NCBI GenBank assembly: GCA_963847445.1 | Contig: CAWJZV010000006.1 | Coordinates: 64,001-128,000 of the forward strand | Source: an uncultured delta proteobacterium | GTDB lineage: Bacteria; Desulfobacterota; Binatia; UBA9968 | Reading direction: 5' to 3' | Length of the DNA stretch: 64,000 bases | Shown: piece by piece, positions 8,692-19,679 of the stretch | How the letters are laid out: every line of letters starts with the position of its first letter | Numbering within the stretch: position 1 is the stretch's first letter | Translations under genes and position numbers: made by a program | Notes under the pieces: model-generated | Seen by the model: only the letters and a program-made list of their open reading frames with translations | The model's database searches: none | What the model was told of the DNA's origin: nothing

Positions 8692-10223
8692 ATGACCCAT
8701 TCCACGGCGAACATTCTCGTCGTTGACGACGACGAAAAGAGTTTGCTCGCTATGGAGGCCATACTCGCCGGGCCGGGGCGCAACATCGTAACGGCGCGCT
8801 CGGGCGCCGACGCGCTATGCGAACTTATGCGCCGGGAATTTGCCGTGATGTTGCTCGACGTGCGCATGCCGGAGATGGACGGATTTGAGACGGCGGCACT
8901 GATACGGCAACGCGAGCGACTGCGCCATTTGCCGATCATTTTTCTCTCCGCGGTGGATACCTTGGATGCGGATGTGTACCGAGGAGTGGCCAGCGGCGCG
9001 GTTGATTACCTTTTCAAGCCGGTCGTTCCGCAAGTCTTGAAAGCCAAGGTCGCCGTGTTCGTCGACCTATTCCGTATGCATGAGCAGATACAAGCAGCAA
9101 GCGCTCGAGCAAAGTGAGGCGCGGTTTCAGCTTGCCGTCGAGGCTTCTCCAAACGCGATGATCATGATTGCAACGGATGGGCAGATAGTCTTGGCTAATG
9201 CCCAGGCCGAGCAACTTTTCGGGTACACGCGAGAGGAGATGTTCCGCCAATCGATTGACTCACTCGTGCCGGAGCGTTTTCGGGAAAAACATGCCGGCCT
9301 CCGGGCCGGTTTTTTTTCCTATCCCAAGTCACGCCCTATGGGAGCGGGCATCGATCTCTTTGGCATGCGCAAGGACGGATCGGAAGTCTCTGTCGAGATC
9401 GGCCTCAACCCGATCCAAATCAATGACGTAACTTTCGTCCTGGTGTCGATTATCGATATCACTAATCGCAAACGGACGGAGCAGGCCCTGCGGGAAAGCG
9501 AGCAAAAGCTCCGCAAACAGGCCGACGAACTGGAGCAGCAACTCATCGCCTCGGGCCGTCTGGTTTCCGTCGGCGAGCTATCGGCCTCCATGGCCCATGA
9601 GTTCAATAACCCCCTGGGGATTGTCCTTGGATTTACTCAAGGACTGTTAGCCGAGATGGACCCCGCCGACCCGAACTATCGCCCCCTACAGATCATCTCT
9701 GAAGAAACCAAACGCTGTGAAAAAATGGTCCGCGATCTTTTGGAATTTGGCCGGCCCAAAAGCACGGATTTCATATCGACCGACGTCGAGCAGGTCATTG
9801 CCAAGACGTTGGAGATGATCTCGCTCCGGCTCTACAATCAAAACATCGAAGCGATCAAGGAAATAGCGCCAGACCTGAGCCGAATCGATGCCGACCCGCA
9901 GCAGTTGCAGCAGGTGCTGGTGAATTTGTCTTTGAATGCCGTGGATGCCATGCCAGCAGGTGGAAAGTTAACCCTGAGCGCAAAGCAAAATTCGTCCGGT
10001 CAGATGACCATCGCGGTGGCGGATACCGGATTTGGCATTGACGCGGTCACGCTGGCCAAGATCTTTCAGCCGTTTTTTACCGCTAAGAAGTGGCGTGGCA
10101 TGGGTTTGGGGCTGCCGATATGTGCGAGGATCATAAAATCTCACGGCTGGGCGAATTGACGTGGAGAGCCAACCTGGACAGGGCACAACCTTCACCATTC
10201 ACCTGCCATTAAAGCAGCCTTGA
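8692..10223 (+). CDS. Hybrid REC-PAS-HisKA-HATPase sensor kinase (two apparent indels near 9090 and 10150)
   Basis: ORF 8692-9117 is the receiver; 9080-10159 has PAS, AHEFNNPL and N/G boxes; a third frame gives RIDVESQPGQGTTFTIHLP. Confidence 0.85.
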
Positions 10224-10266
10224 GATCGGTTGATTGACGCGATAGTAAAATCGCCAGAGGCTTGTT

Positions 10267-11679
10267 ATGCCCATGGGAAAAATTCTGGTTGTCGACGACG
10301 ATCGCAATCTCCTCGAATTGGTCCGGACCAGGCTCGAGGCGGCCAAGTACGATGTCGTAACAGCCGTTACAGGCGACGAGGCAAAAAAAGCACTAAATGG
10401 TGATAGCATTGATCTCTCTATTGTTGATTTGAAGCTTGCTGACCAAGACGGCATGTCATTGATGGGGGAATTGCATGCAATAAACCCCGCGCTGCCGGTT
10501 ATTATTCTCACTGGCTATGGAAGTATCGAAAGCGCCGTAGAGGCCATCAAGGGGGGCGCCTACGGATATCTCACCAAGCCCATCGATCCGCGGGAGCTGC
10601 AATTACAAATTGCCCGAGCGCTGGAAAATCGCCGGCTCGCCTCTGAGAATGTGCGGCTCAAGGAGCTGCTCAAGGAAAAATTTGATTTTCCCAATATTGT
10701 CGCCAAGAGCGACAAAATGCAGAAGGTGCTGTTGGGGGTTTCGCGAATCGCACAGACCGAGTCCACTGTTTATATTCACGGGGAAAGCGGCACCGGCAAG
10801 GAGGTGATCGCCAAGGCGATTCATCTTGCCAGCGAAAGGAAAAATAAGCCCTTCGTGGCGATCAATTGCGCCGCCGTCCCTGAAGCATTGCTGGAAAGCG
10901 AGCTGTTCGGTCACGAAAAGGGATCGTTCACCGGCGCGGTGCGAAGCACAAAGGGATTTTTTGCGCAGGCTCATGAAGGCACTATTTTATTAGATGAAAT
11001 TGGCGATATGCCGCTGTCGATTCAGCCTAAACTATTGCGCGCGTTGGAGGAGCGGCAATTTTATCCCATTGGAGGCGAAAAGCCGATTCATGTGGATGTC
11101 AGAGTTATTGTCGCCACGAAAAAGGATCTTGCAGAAGAAGTAAAAAGGGGACTTTTTCGCGAGGATCTCTTCTACCGGATTCACGTCATTCCGGTTCGTC
11201 TTCCGCCTCTGCGGGAACGGAAAGAAGACATCCCACACCTGGTAAGCCATCTGCTGCAGAAAATCGCGCGGCAATTAAAAAAGGAGGTAAAAGGTCTCAC
11301 GCCTCAAGCTATGAAGAAGCTTATGCTGCATGACTGGCCGGGCAATGTTCGCGAGCTCGAAAACGCGTTAGAGTACGCCGTCACAATGGCTGAGGGTGAG
11401 GTTGTCACGGAAGAGCTCTTATTCGAAACGAGAGCCCCGACGGCTGTCCGTTCCCAGGAGTCGGCTCGCCGCGGTGACTTGCTAGCGGCCGAGGGCCCGC
11501 TCAACTCTCTCAAACAAGCGCGGGCGGAATTTGAGAAGGCATACCTTATTCGCCTGCTAGAACACTGCAGCGGCAGTGCCGCTAAAGCAGCGGAGATTGC
11601 CGGGAAATACCGGGCGGATTTCTATGATCTACTGAAGAAACACGGCATCAATCTCCAAGAGTTCAAAAAGGCGGACTAG
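10267..11679 (+). CDS. sigma54-dependent NtrC-family response regulator (GlrR/QseF-like)
   Basis: REC domain; GESGTGKE; ESELFGHEKGSFTGA; WPGNVRELEN; C-terminal HTH. Confidence 0.95.
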   Translation: MPMGKILVVDDDRNLLELVRTRLEAAKYDVVTAVTGDEAKKALNGDSIDLSIVDLKLADQDGMSLMGELHAINPALPVIILTGYGSIESAVEAIKGGAYGYLTKPIDPRELQLQIARALENRRLASENVRLKELLKEKFDFPNIVAKSDKMQKVLLGVSRIAQTESTVYIHGESGTGKEVIAKAIHLASERKNKPFVAINCAAVPEALLESELFGHEKGSFTGAVRSTKGFFAQAHEGTILLDEIGDMPLSIQPKLLRALEERQFYPIGGEKPIHVDVRVIVATKKDLAEEVKRGLFREDLFYRIHVIPVRLPPLRERKEDIPHLVSHLLQKIARQLKKEVKGLTPQAMKKLMLHDWPGNVRELENALEYAVTMAEGEVVTEELLFETRAPTAVRSQESARRGDLLAAEGPLNSLKQARAEFEKAYLIRLLEHCSGSAAKAAEIAGKYRADFYDLLKKHGINLQEFKKAD

Positions 11680-11861
11680 ATTCCAGCTGGTTCTTGCTCT
11701 GCTCGGAATTCCCGAAGAGGCGAAATTAGGCGTAACGACGCGGAGCTATGGGTTGTCGTCTTCCTGTGTTAATGCAACAAGTTCGCTGCAACTTCAAGCC
11801 ATTGTGAAACAGCGCCTGACTTGATTACGAATCAGTTGCTATACCAACTGCGCTAGGGTGG

Positions 11862-12167
11862 CTACGTGGGCTTAATGAAGTGAACTATTCCTGCGATGAC
11901 GAAGGAACCGATGAAAGCCGCCATCAAGTCGATAAAAATGCGCAGCCCCTGCAGGCTGTCGAGATATTCGCTAAGTTGGTAATAGTTAATCACGAAGTGA
12001 CCGAGGAAAAAACCAATCAAGCCGATTATTGTGAACCCGATAACTCCCGGGCGGCGCTCTGCCGCCACCAGGCGCGTCGCCAGAAACCCGGCGATGAACG
12101 CTATCACCAAACTCCCGGCCAAGTTTGTTCTTACATAGGCGATGACTTGTTGAAGGGTTTCTGGCAC
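11862..12167 (-). CDS. Three-TM membrane protein (GlsB/YeaQ-like)
   Basis: Hydrophobic segments; follows thiE on the same strand. Confidence 0.6.
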   Translation of the reverse strand: MPETLQQVIAYVRTNLAGSLVIAFIAGFLATRLVAAERRPGVIGFTIIGLIGFFLGHFVINYYQLSEYLDSLQGLRIFIDLMAAFIGSFVIAGIVHFIKPT

Positions 12168-12171
12168 GGGT

Positions 12172-12798
12172 TTACCTCGTCAGCAGTGCTAACAGCCGTT
12201 TCGCCGCCTGGCTAGGCTCATCGGCGCTCATGATTGCCGAAATCAGGGCCACACCGCGGCTGCCCGCTCTTTGGGTTTCCAGCAAATTTTCCAGCTTGAT
12301 TCCTCCTATAGCATAAACCGCTAGGGAAATCTTTGCGACAATTTTTCGCAGCGCGTTGAGCCCTTGTGGAGCACCGTAATCGGCTTTGGACGGTGTGAAA
12401 TAAACTGGCCCGAACACGATGAAATCGGCGCCTTCCCGTTCTGCTTTGCATGCGCCTTCAAGGGAGTGCGTAGAAACACCGATGATTCGTTGCGCGCCTA
12501 AGAGCGCGCGGGCGAATGGCACCGGCATGGAAGTTTCGCCAAGGTGGACCCCGGCAGCGTCGACGGCCAGCGCGACATCGACGCGGTCATTGATGAATAA
12601 TTGGGCTTGATAGCGGTGACAGAGTTGGGAAACCCGCTCCGCGAGGCCATGCAGCTCCTTGCCGCTCAGATCCTTTTCGCGTAGTTGGACCGCTCTGACG
12701 CCGCCGTCCAAGGCGCGCTCCAGCACCCAGAGGAGATCACGCCCGTGGGTAAGCTTGCGGTCGGTAACGAGGTACAGATCGAAATTTGGCTGAGGCAC
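12172..12798 (-). CDS. thiE: Thiamine-phosphate synthase
   Basis: LYLVTD, VQLREK, INDRVD, GVHLG, STHS, AIGGI. Confidence 0.95.
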   Translation of the reverse strand: MPQPNFDLYLVTDRKLTHGRDLLWVLERALDGGVRAVQLREKDLSGKELHGLAERVSQLCHRYQAQLFINDRVDVALAVDAAGVHLGETSMPVPFARALLGAQRIIGVSTHSLEGACKAEREGADFIVFGPVYFTPSKADYGAPQGLNALRKIVAKISLAVYAIGGIKLENLLETQRAGSRGVALISAIMSADEPSQAAKRLLALLTR

Positions 12799-12808
12799 TG
12801 GCGGTCAG

Positions 12809-13589
12809 CTAATTGAGCATGCCATCCAGCGGGCTCGATGCTGTGGCGTAGAGTTTTCTCGGGATACGGCCGGCGAGATAGGCTTTGCGGCCGGCTTCAA
12901 CGCCCTGGCGCATCGCTTCGGCCATCAAGATTGGATCTTTGGCGCTGGCGATGGCGGTGTTCATTAAAACTCCGGCGCAGCCCATTTCCATGGCCACTGC
13001 CGCATCCGAGGCCGTGCCCACGCCGGCGTCGACGATCACCGGTACTTTGGCGTGCTCCAAAATGATTCTGATGTTGTATGGATTCCTAATGCCAAGTCCG
13101 GAACCGATCGGCGCGGCCAGCGGCATCACCGCGGCGCAGCCCATGTCTTCGAGTTTTTGTGCCGTGATCGGATCGTCGGTAATGTAGGGCAGGACGATGA
13201 AGCCTTCTTTGACTAGTATCTTGGCGGCATCGAGGGTCGCGGGCACGTCGGGGAAAAGCGTTCTGTCGTCGCCGATCACTTCGAGTTTGACGAGTTTTCC
13301 GACGCCCGCTTCGCGGGCGAGCCGGCAGGTGCGCACGGCGTCATCGGCGTTATAGCAGCCGGCGGTGTTGGGTAAGTATCGTGTATTGCTTGGGGTCGAG
13401 ATAGTCGAGAAGATTTTCTTTGTTGGGATCCGTAATATTGACGCGGCGCACGGCCACGGTGACGATTTCGGCGCCGGAGACTTCGATGGCTTTTTTCGTT
13501 TCGGCGAAGTCTTTGTATTTTCCGGTGCCGACGATGAGCCGTGAACGGAACTTGGTGCCGGCTAATTCAAAAAAGTCTTCCATGGTCAT
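12809..13589 (-). CDS. thiG: Thiazole synthase (one indel near 13376 splits it into two ORFs)
   Basis: [39 protein letters not shown]. Confidence 0.93.
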
Positions 13590-13789
13590 CCTCCGCCCAC
13601 GAAGTGAACGATTTCTAATGTGTCGCTATCATTGATCAATGTCGCGTTATAGCTATCGCGCGGGACGATCTCCCGGTTGCGCTCGACGACCACGCGGCCC
13701 GGCCGAATTTGTAGCGATGCCAACAGCGCGGTCAGGGTCAGGCCGTTGTCAATTTCCCGCTCTTCGCCGTTTATTTTAACTTTCATCAC
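13586..13789 (-). CDS. thiS: Sulfur carrier protein ThiS
   Basis: Ubiquitin-like; C-terminal EIVHFVGGG. Confidence 0.95.
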   Translation of the reverse strand: MMKVKINGEEREIDNGLTLTALLASLQIRPGRVVVERNREIVPRDSYNATLINDSDTLEIVHFVGGG

Positions 13790-13792
13790 AAT

Positions 13793-13845
13793 AAAAAAAC
13801 CGCATTCGCACAGACCACCCGATTGTGGTCAGGGAATACGGTTTC
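13793..13845 (-). terminator. Intrinsic terminator, probable expression platform of the TPP riboswitch
   Basis: Minus strand AAACCGTATTC-CCTGACCAC...GTGGTC-TGTGC-GAATGCGGTTTTTTT. Confidence 0.7.
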
Positions 13846-13890
13846 AAGTGGGTTGCGCCGAATCGACTTCGACGCGACTTTGACTTTCAC

Positions 13891-13979
13891 GCTTCCCTAC
13901 GCCGGTGCGACCCGGATCAGGTTCAAAGGGTTACCTGTTTTTCAGGCTCTCAGTCTGACTCGGGCAGACACCCCTAGCT
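13891..13979 (-). ncRNA. TPP riboswitch (THI element)
   Basis: Minus strand AGGGGTG...CTGAGA...ACCCTTTGAACCTGATCCGGGT...ACCGGCGTAGGGAAGC directly upstream of thiS. Confidence 0.95.
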
Positions 13980-14142
13980 ACGACAGCACCCTTAACAAAG
14001 CACCAGCTCCAAGTCAAATTCGCGCCGCCGAACGCTTGATTCTGGAACTGTTGATGGAACGGAGACTTCAACTGTCGAACGGTGGCGGGATAATTTTATC
14101 CGGCCACTGCTAATCGGAGTTGTTCCGTGGCGTGTCAGCGTA

Positions 14143-15087
14143 TTACGGCGCGACGATGTCGACGTGTAAACTGCCGATGCCTTCGATTTCGCCTTCGACC
14201 TTGTCGCCGGGATTTAGAAACACCGGCGGCACGCGGGCGAAGCCGACGCCCGACGGGGTGCCGGTGCTGATGATGTCGCCCGGTTCTAGGGTCATACCGC
14301 CGGAGAGCGATTCGATGATCGTCGGGATGTCGAAGATCATGTCGCGGGTATTACCATCCTGCATGACTTGGCCGTTGACTCGGCAGACGAGCCGCACTTG
14401 TTGCGGATCGGGCATGGCGCTCTTGTGGACGATCCAAGGTCCAAGCGGGCATAGGGTATCGAGGGCTTTGCCTTTGAACCATTGGCCGTGGATTCTCTGC
14501 AGCTCACGGGCGGTCATGTCGAGACAGATGGTGTAGCCGAACACGTAGTCGTAGGCCTTTGCTTTGGGAATATCGCGGCCTTTTTTGCCAATGACCAGAG
14601 CCAATTCGACTTCCCAATCGAGCTTGTCGGTAACTTTATGTTTGATGACTTTACCATACTGGCCGATGACGGAGGTGGCCGGCTTGGTGAAAAACACCGG
14701 GTAGTCAGGATACTTGATATCCAGTTGGCGCGCCCGGGCGCCTTCGTCGACATGCTCGCGGTAGTTGATGCCGAGCATGACACAATTCTTTCTTGGCGTC
14801 GGGATCGGCGAGATGATCTTGGCCTGGGTTGGTTTTACCAAGGCGCCGGCGGCGGCGAGTTTTTTTTGCTCGTCGGGATTCTTTCCCGCCACATACTTTC
14901 CCGCGTTGCGCGCTACCTGCATCGCTTTGCCGCCGGCTTCGATGAACGCTTGCATGCTCGCCAAGAACGGCGCGTTGCCGCCTTTGAGATAGCGCCGATT
15001 GACTTCGGCTAAATCGATAATCTGATCCTGCGGCCCCATCAGGCCGACACGTTGCTGGTTCTTGCGCGTGAAAGTGACTAGTCGCAT
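14143..15087 (-). CDS. Fumarylacetoacetate hydrolase family protein
   Basis: GINYREH, FTKP, DWEVEL, GKALDT, TGTPSGVG. Confidence 0.92.
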   Translation of the reverse strand: MRLVTFTRKNQQRVGLMGPQDQIIDLAEVNRRYLKGGNAPFLASMQAFIEAGGKAMQVARNAGKYVAGKNPDEQKKLAAAGALVKPTQAKIISPIPTPRKNCVMLGINYREHVDEGARARQLDIKYPDYPVFFTKPATSVIGQYGKVIKHKVTDKLDWEVELALVIGKKGRDIPKAKAYDYVFGYTICLDMTARELQRIHGQWFKGKALDTLCPLGPWIVHKSAMPDPQQVRLVCRVNGQVMQDGNTRDMIFDIPTIIESLSGGMTLEPGDIISTGTPSGVGFARVPPVFLNPGDKVEGEIEGIGSLHVDIVAP

Positions 15088-15114
15088 GGCTCCTCCAGAA
15101 AAAAATTGATCTAA

Positions 15115-16111
15115 CTAAATGCCGATTCGCAATAGTTTACAAGCGTTGGTGCTGGCGATCCGCTCCAGGCTGGCGCGGTCAATACGCGCCGCGCCCAGTG
15201 AGGCCACCGGTTCGGGATCGCCCATGTCATAGGGATAGTCGCTGCCCAACACCACATGATCGGCGCCGAAGTTGGCGACCAAATATTCCAGCGCCATGGT
15301 GCTATGGGTGATGGTGTCGAAGTTGAGCAGCTTGAGATATTCTCCCGGCGGCTTGGAAATTTTCGCCGTCGCCGAGTCTTGAATCCGATAGCCGCGGTCC
15401 AGTCGGCCCCAGGTATAAGGTAAGAAGCCGCCGGCGTGGGCGAGCAAGAGTTTTAGTCGCGGATAACGTTCGAGCACGCCGCTGAAAATCAGTTTGGCGA
15501 TCGCCAGGGAGGTGTCGGTCGGATTGCCGATCAGGTTAGCGAGATTGAACTCCTTCATGCGATCGGCGCCGACCACCTGATTAGGGTGGACGAAGATCAG
15601 CGCGTCCAAGGCTTGGGCCGCTTCCCAAAAAGGATTGAACGCCGGATCGTCGAAGTAACGGCCATTGATGTTCGATGCGATCTCGACGCCGCGCAGTCCC
15701 AGTTTCGCGATCGCTCGTTCCAGTTCTCCCACGGCTTTGGCGCTGTCTTGCATTGGCACGGACCCGAGGGCTACCAGGCGCTTAGGATGTTTAGCGACCG
15801 CTTCGGCCATGCGATCGTTGAGCCACTGGGCGTATGCCAACGATTCTTCAGCGGCCATCCAGTAAAAAAAATAGCTACTCGCCGGCGACAGCGCCTGCAT
15901 GTCGACGCCCTGGCTGTCCATGATCGACAGCCGCAGGTCGAGGTCGGAGAATTCGGCTTTGGGTTGGGTCAAATAGGGCTTGCCGTCACGGCTAACGATC
16001 TCGCGGCCGCGCTCGTTTAAGCCGAGCTTCATGCCGTGGCGTTTGCCGATCTCGCTGGCGACTTTCAGGCTGTGCGGCGGGAACAAAGTGGGCGTGAACG
16101 TCGATATTCAT
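15115..16111 (-). CDS. Amidohydrolase_2 / ACMSD-like decarboxylase (indel near 16080)
   Basis: MNIDVHAH in the adjacent frame; FVHP, AHAGG, GSDYPY. Confidence 0.88.
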
Positions 16112-16264
16112 TGGTTGCGGAGTGGTAGAACTCTCCGGACAGCTACCGGAGGGTCGGCTGATTGTCAAGTTTATAATGCGATCGCGGCGCACAATCGGTA
16201 CATGGGCTCGGCTTTATGGCGTGAAATCATTGCCTGTGGAAATCGCCGGTGATAGCTTTCCCCC

Positions 16265-16498
16265 ATGGCCAGTAGGCGCAGACGAGAAAACCAAGTAACC
16301 ATGCGTGAGGGCGACCGCATCCTTATCAACAAGGGCATCGCAAAAAAAGTCATGATCATTGCACGCACCGAGATTCCCCACTCGATGGAACGTATTTTCG
16401 TCACCAAATCGGGTGGCAAGTACACGATCGGCTTGAAAGTCTGGCGCTCGGATTACGCCTGGAGTGAGAAAAACCAGATGTGGGTGCCCAAGCATTAA
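16265..16498 (+). CDS. Small basic hypothetical protein
   Basis: Fills the gap before holA; plausible codon usage. Confidence 0.5.
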   Translation: MASRRRRENQVTMREGDRILINKGIAKKVMIIARTEIPHSMERIFVTKSGGKYTIGLKVWRSDYAWSEKNQMWVPKH

Positions 16499-16582
16499 AC
16501 GCGGCGATCGCAACTTTCATCTACTGGCGGGATTTCCCAATTGGCCGCGGCTCAATAACATTCGATTCACCACTTACCCGCC

Positions 16583-17947
16583 ATGAAACGCGATTTACCT
16601 ACTGTCATTTCCGAACTTAAGAGCGCCAAAGGACCGCGGCTGTTGCTGCTTTTTGGCGACGATCTGCAAGTGCAAGAAACTTGCAAGCAGGTGGTCGATA
16701 CTTTGGTGCCGGAAGATCAAAGAGGTTTTAACTTCGAACGCTTCGATGGCCGGACGGTGAGCTGGGATCAAGTGGAGGGCTCGCTGATGACGCCGCCATT
16801 TTTTCCCGGCAAGAAAGTCTTGTGGGTGGAAAATGCGCCGTACTTCTTCTCGCGTGGGCAAAAAGGCGAGATGGGCGAAAAGATCCTCGATCTCTGGCGC
16901 GAGGGGCGGCGTGACGACGCCGCCAAATTGCTGGCGGATCTTTTAATTGTCGAAGGCTGGACTCAGGAGCGCTGGGAGCGGCTTGACGTAGCGGCGTCAA
17001 GTGAGCTCGTAGGGCTCCTCGATGCCGACGGCAGTGCGGCACTGGAGGACGCCGGCGCGCTGCTGGCTTATGTCAAGAGCCGCGACCTTGATCTGAGCAA
17101 ACGCAAAGGCGCCGACAGCCATCGCTTGGGCGAGTTTTTGGATGGCAAGTTGCCGGAATGGGCATTTTTGCTGCTCTCCGCGGTACAAGTCGACCGGCGG
17201 ACAAAACTATTCAAACGTTTCGAAGAATTGGGCGTGGCATTGTTTCTCGGCTTGGAACGTGATCGTTACGGCAAAGTCGATCGCGACAGTCTGCTCAACT
17301 TCATCTCCCAACGGCTACGCCAGGCGGGCAAGAATATCGAGCCCCAGGCTCGCGACATGATCGTCGCCCGCGCCGGCGACGATCTCCGAACTTTGCAACA
17401 GGAGCTCGACAAGCTGCTACTTTATGCCGCCGAGCGGCCGGCAATTCAGCCTCAGGATGTTGAGGCGGTGGTTGCCGACCATGGCGAAGGCTGGATTTTC
17501 GATCTCACCCGCGCTATCGGTGACCGCGATGCCTTGGGCGCGCTCGGGCAACTGTCCCGGCTGATGGGCCAGGGCGAGCATCCGTTAAAAATATTGGGCA
17601 CCATCGCCGGCGAAGTGCGCCGTCTGCTCGCTGCCCGGCAGCTTTTGGACGGCGACCTGCGGCCACATTGGAAACGCGGCATCAGCTACCAGCAATTTCA
17701 GCAGATCGCCGCCAAGCAGGGAACCGCGGTGCTGACGCGCAGTCCCTACGCCGACTATATGTGCTTTCAACGGGCCGAACGGTTCGCCATGGCGGAACTC
17801 GTCCTCCATATGGAATCCTTGTTCGACGCCGACCTGCGGCTCAAGTCGAGCGGCGGCCAACCGCGGTTGGTGATGGAAAAGCTGATTCTCGGCATGTGTC
17901 TGACCGCCCGCCGCAATCAACCGCAAAGCGTCGTTCCAGCAAGGTAA
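16583..17947 (+). CDS. holA: DNA polymerase III delta subunit (long form)
   Basis: LLFGDD, FNFERFDG, PFF.GKKV, ELDKLLLY, IFDL, DLRLKSSG. Confidence 0.85.
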   Translation: MKRDLPTVISELKSAKGPRLLLLFGDDLQVQETCKQVVDTLVPEDQRGFNFERFDGRTVSWDQVEGSLMTPPFFPGKKVLWVENAPYFFSRGQKGEMGEKILDLWREGRRDDAAKLLADLLIVEGWTQERWERLDVAASSELVGLLDADGSAALEDAGALLAYVKSRDLDLSKRKGADSHRLGEFLDGKLPEWAFLLLSAVQVDRRTKLFKRFEELGVALFLGLERDRYGKVDRDSLLNFISQRLRQAGKNIEPQARDMIVARAGDDLRTLQQELDKLLLYAAERPAIQPQDVEAVVADHGEGWIFDLTRAIGDRDALGALGQLSRLMGQGEHPLKILGTIAGEVRRLLAARQLLDGDLRPHWKRGISYQQFQQIAAKQGTAVLTRSPYADYMCFQRAERFAMAELVLHMESLFDADLRLKSSGGQPRLVMEKLILGMCLTARRNQPQSVVPAR

Positions 17948-17949
17948 CT

Positions 17950-18484
17950 ATGCTTCGCCTACTTGCCGCGCAGCTGCTTTGGCTCACCCTTGTTCCCTCA
18001 GCCTGCGTGGCTGAAATGGTCGTGCAGGCTTGTTTCAGCCCCCAGGGCAAATGCTCGACGCATATCCTGCGCGAGATCGACCAGGCAAAAAAAGAGTTGC
18101 TCGTGGCGGTCTACGCGTTTACCAACGATGACCTTGCCAGCGCGCTGGTGCAGGCGAAAAAACGCGGCGTCGCGGTGCAGGTGGTGATCGACCGCGACTT
18201 CGACACCCGCACGGAAAATTCCAAGGGAAAGTATTTCGAAGCGCATAAAATACCGTTGCGCCGGCTTTCAGGCACCAAATCCAAACAGCCAGGAGCGCGA
18301 GGCCGGCTTGATGCACCAAAAATTCGCCGTCATCGACCGCAAGACTGTTTTTACCGGTTCGTACAACTGGACCCACTCGGCGGAAAACACTAACGACGAA
18401 AATCTGCTGCTCTTTCGTAACGCCGGGCCGCTCGCCGAGGACTATCGCCAAGCTTTCTTGCGCCTGTGGGAGAGGAAGCCGTAA
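17950..18484 (+). CDS. Secreted phospholipase D-like nuclease, Nuc type (indel near 18295)
   Basis: Signal peptide; FSP; AVYAFT; HQKFAVID (HxKxxxxD) and GSYNWT in the second frame. Confidence 0.85.
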
Positions 18485-19027
18485 ATGAGTCGCGCGGCGG
18501 GAACGGGTTTGCTCATCGTGCTGGCTTTCGCCGCTGGCCTTCTCACTCATGGTTTGTACCAACGCTGGAATCCACCGGCCAGCGACGCACCGCCGGCAAG
18601 GGTTTCACGGGCAGATTTGCTTGGCGCATCCACCGCGGTGCCAGGGCAAGCGCATCGGGTGACATACCTGCCGCTGGGCGAGCCGGCGGCGCAAGCGGAG
18701 CAGGCAGCCGAAGTTCCAACTTTAGCGGCCAGGGATGTGGAGAAAATTCGCTCGCTTACCGGCAAACCAGCCCGGGTACGTGGCCGGGTATTTCGCGTCG
18801 GCCATTCAGCCAAGAGCAATACTTATTTTCTTAACTTCGGCCCATCGCGGGAGGCGCTGACCGCAGTGATTTTTGCTTCGGCGCTCGAACTATTTGAAAA
18901 GAACCAGTTGGCGCCGAGGAATTTTGAGAATAAAGAAATTGAAATCACGGGCCAGATCAAAGACCACCCGCAGTATGGCTTGGAGATAATTCTCGAGAAC
19001 CCGCAGCAGGTCAAGATTCTCCAATAG
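18485..19027 (+). CDS. Membrane-anchored OB-fold nucleic-acid-binding-like protein
   Basis: N-terminal TM; VRGRV...YFLNFG...AVIF...ITGQI...LEIILENPQQV. Confidence 0.65.
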   Translation: MSRAAGTGLLIVLAFAAGLLTHGLYQRWNPPASDAPPARVSRADLLGASTAVPGQAHRVTYLPLGEPAAQAEQAAEVPTLAARDVEKIRSLTGKPARVRGRVFRVGHSAKSNTYFLNFGPSREALTAVIFASALELFEKNQLAPRNFENKEIEITGQIKDHPQYGLEIILENPQQVKILQ

Positions 19028-19062
19028 TTATTGATCAGGGTCGCCAATAGAGGAAAGGTGCC

Positions 19063-19245
19063 GTGATGAGCGAAGCCGCTAAAAAATGTATGATCTGTGC
19101 AAAACCTTCCGAGGCTTTGAAGGGCGGCATTTGCCAGCCCTGCCAAGAGCGCATCCGCCGCGAGGCTTTGGGCGAGCAGGCCGGTGTTGCCGACCGCGCC
19201 GAGCGGGAAATCTCGCGCCAGGGAATCGCGCCGATTAAAAAGTAA
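19063..19245 (+). CDS. Small zinc-ribbon protein
   Basis: CxxC...CxxC; AAGGTG RBS. Confidence 0.65.
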   Translation: MMSEAAKKCMICAKPSEALKGGICQPCQERIRREALGEQAGVADRAEREISRQGIAPIKK

Positions 19246-19326
19246 TCGACAGATCCGCTGTAATGTCGTGCCAGTGCCCGCAACCGGGATTCCGCAGTTT
19301 AAATTAACCCGGGAAAGGGGCAAGCC

Positions 19327-19511
19327 CGCCGCCGTGATGCGAACGGGCCTGTCTCTAAGTATTTGACCATGGTGGGTCCGGTTAGCGAGTAGGGCAGCGC
19401 AAGCATTGACCTAAAGTTGGGTCGCTTCAACTCTCTGGGTTTACCCGGGCGATTGCCGTTTCCCCACTGGTGGATTTCGGGGTCAATTGCTACGACTCCC
19501 TCCACGCGGCG
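19327..19511 (-). ncRNA. ssrS: 6S RNA
   Basis: About 185-nt rod on the minus strand: CGCCGCGTG/CACGGCGGCG closing stem, TTGACC/GGTCAA, central bubble, GTGGG/CCCAC; intergenic. Confidence 0.72.
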
Positions 19512-19679
19512 ATAGCGGCCAGTGCAAATTCTAGTTTTTAGCTGTCCTCATTGCCAAGGACATGTTATAAAACAATATTATCAGATTGCTGAGCGAGAAC
19601 CTTCTGGCTTGGCTTCTAATTAGCGATTGAGAGGTTAAAGGTTCTGCGCTGCCGTCAACTATTTTCTGCCGCGATTAGC

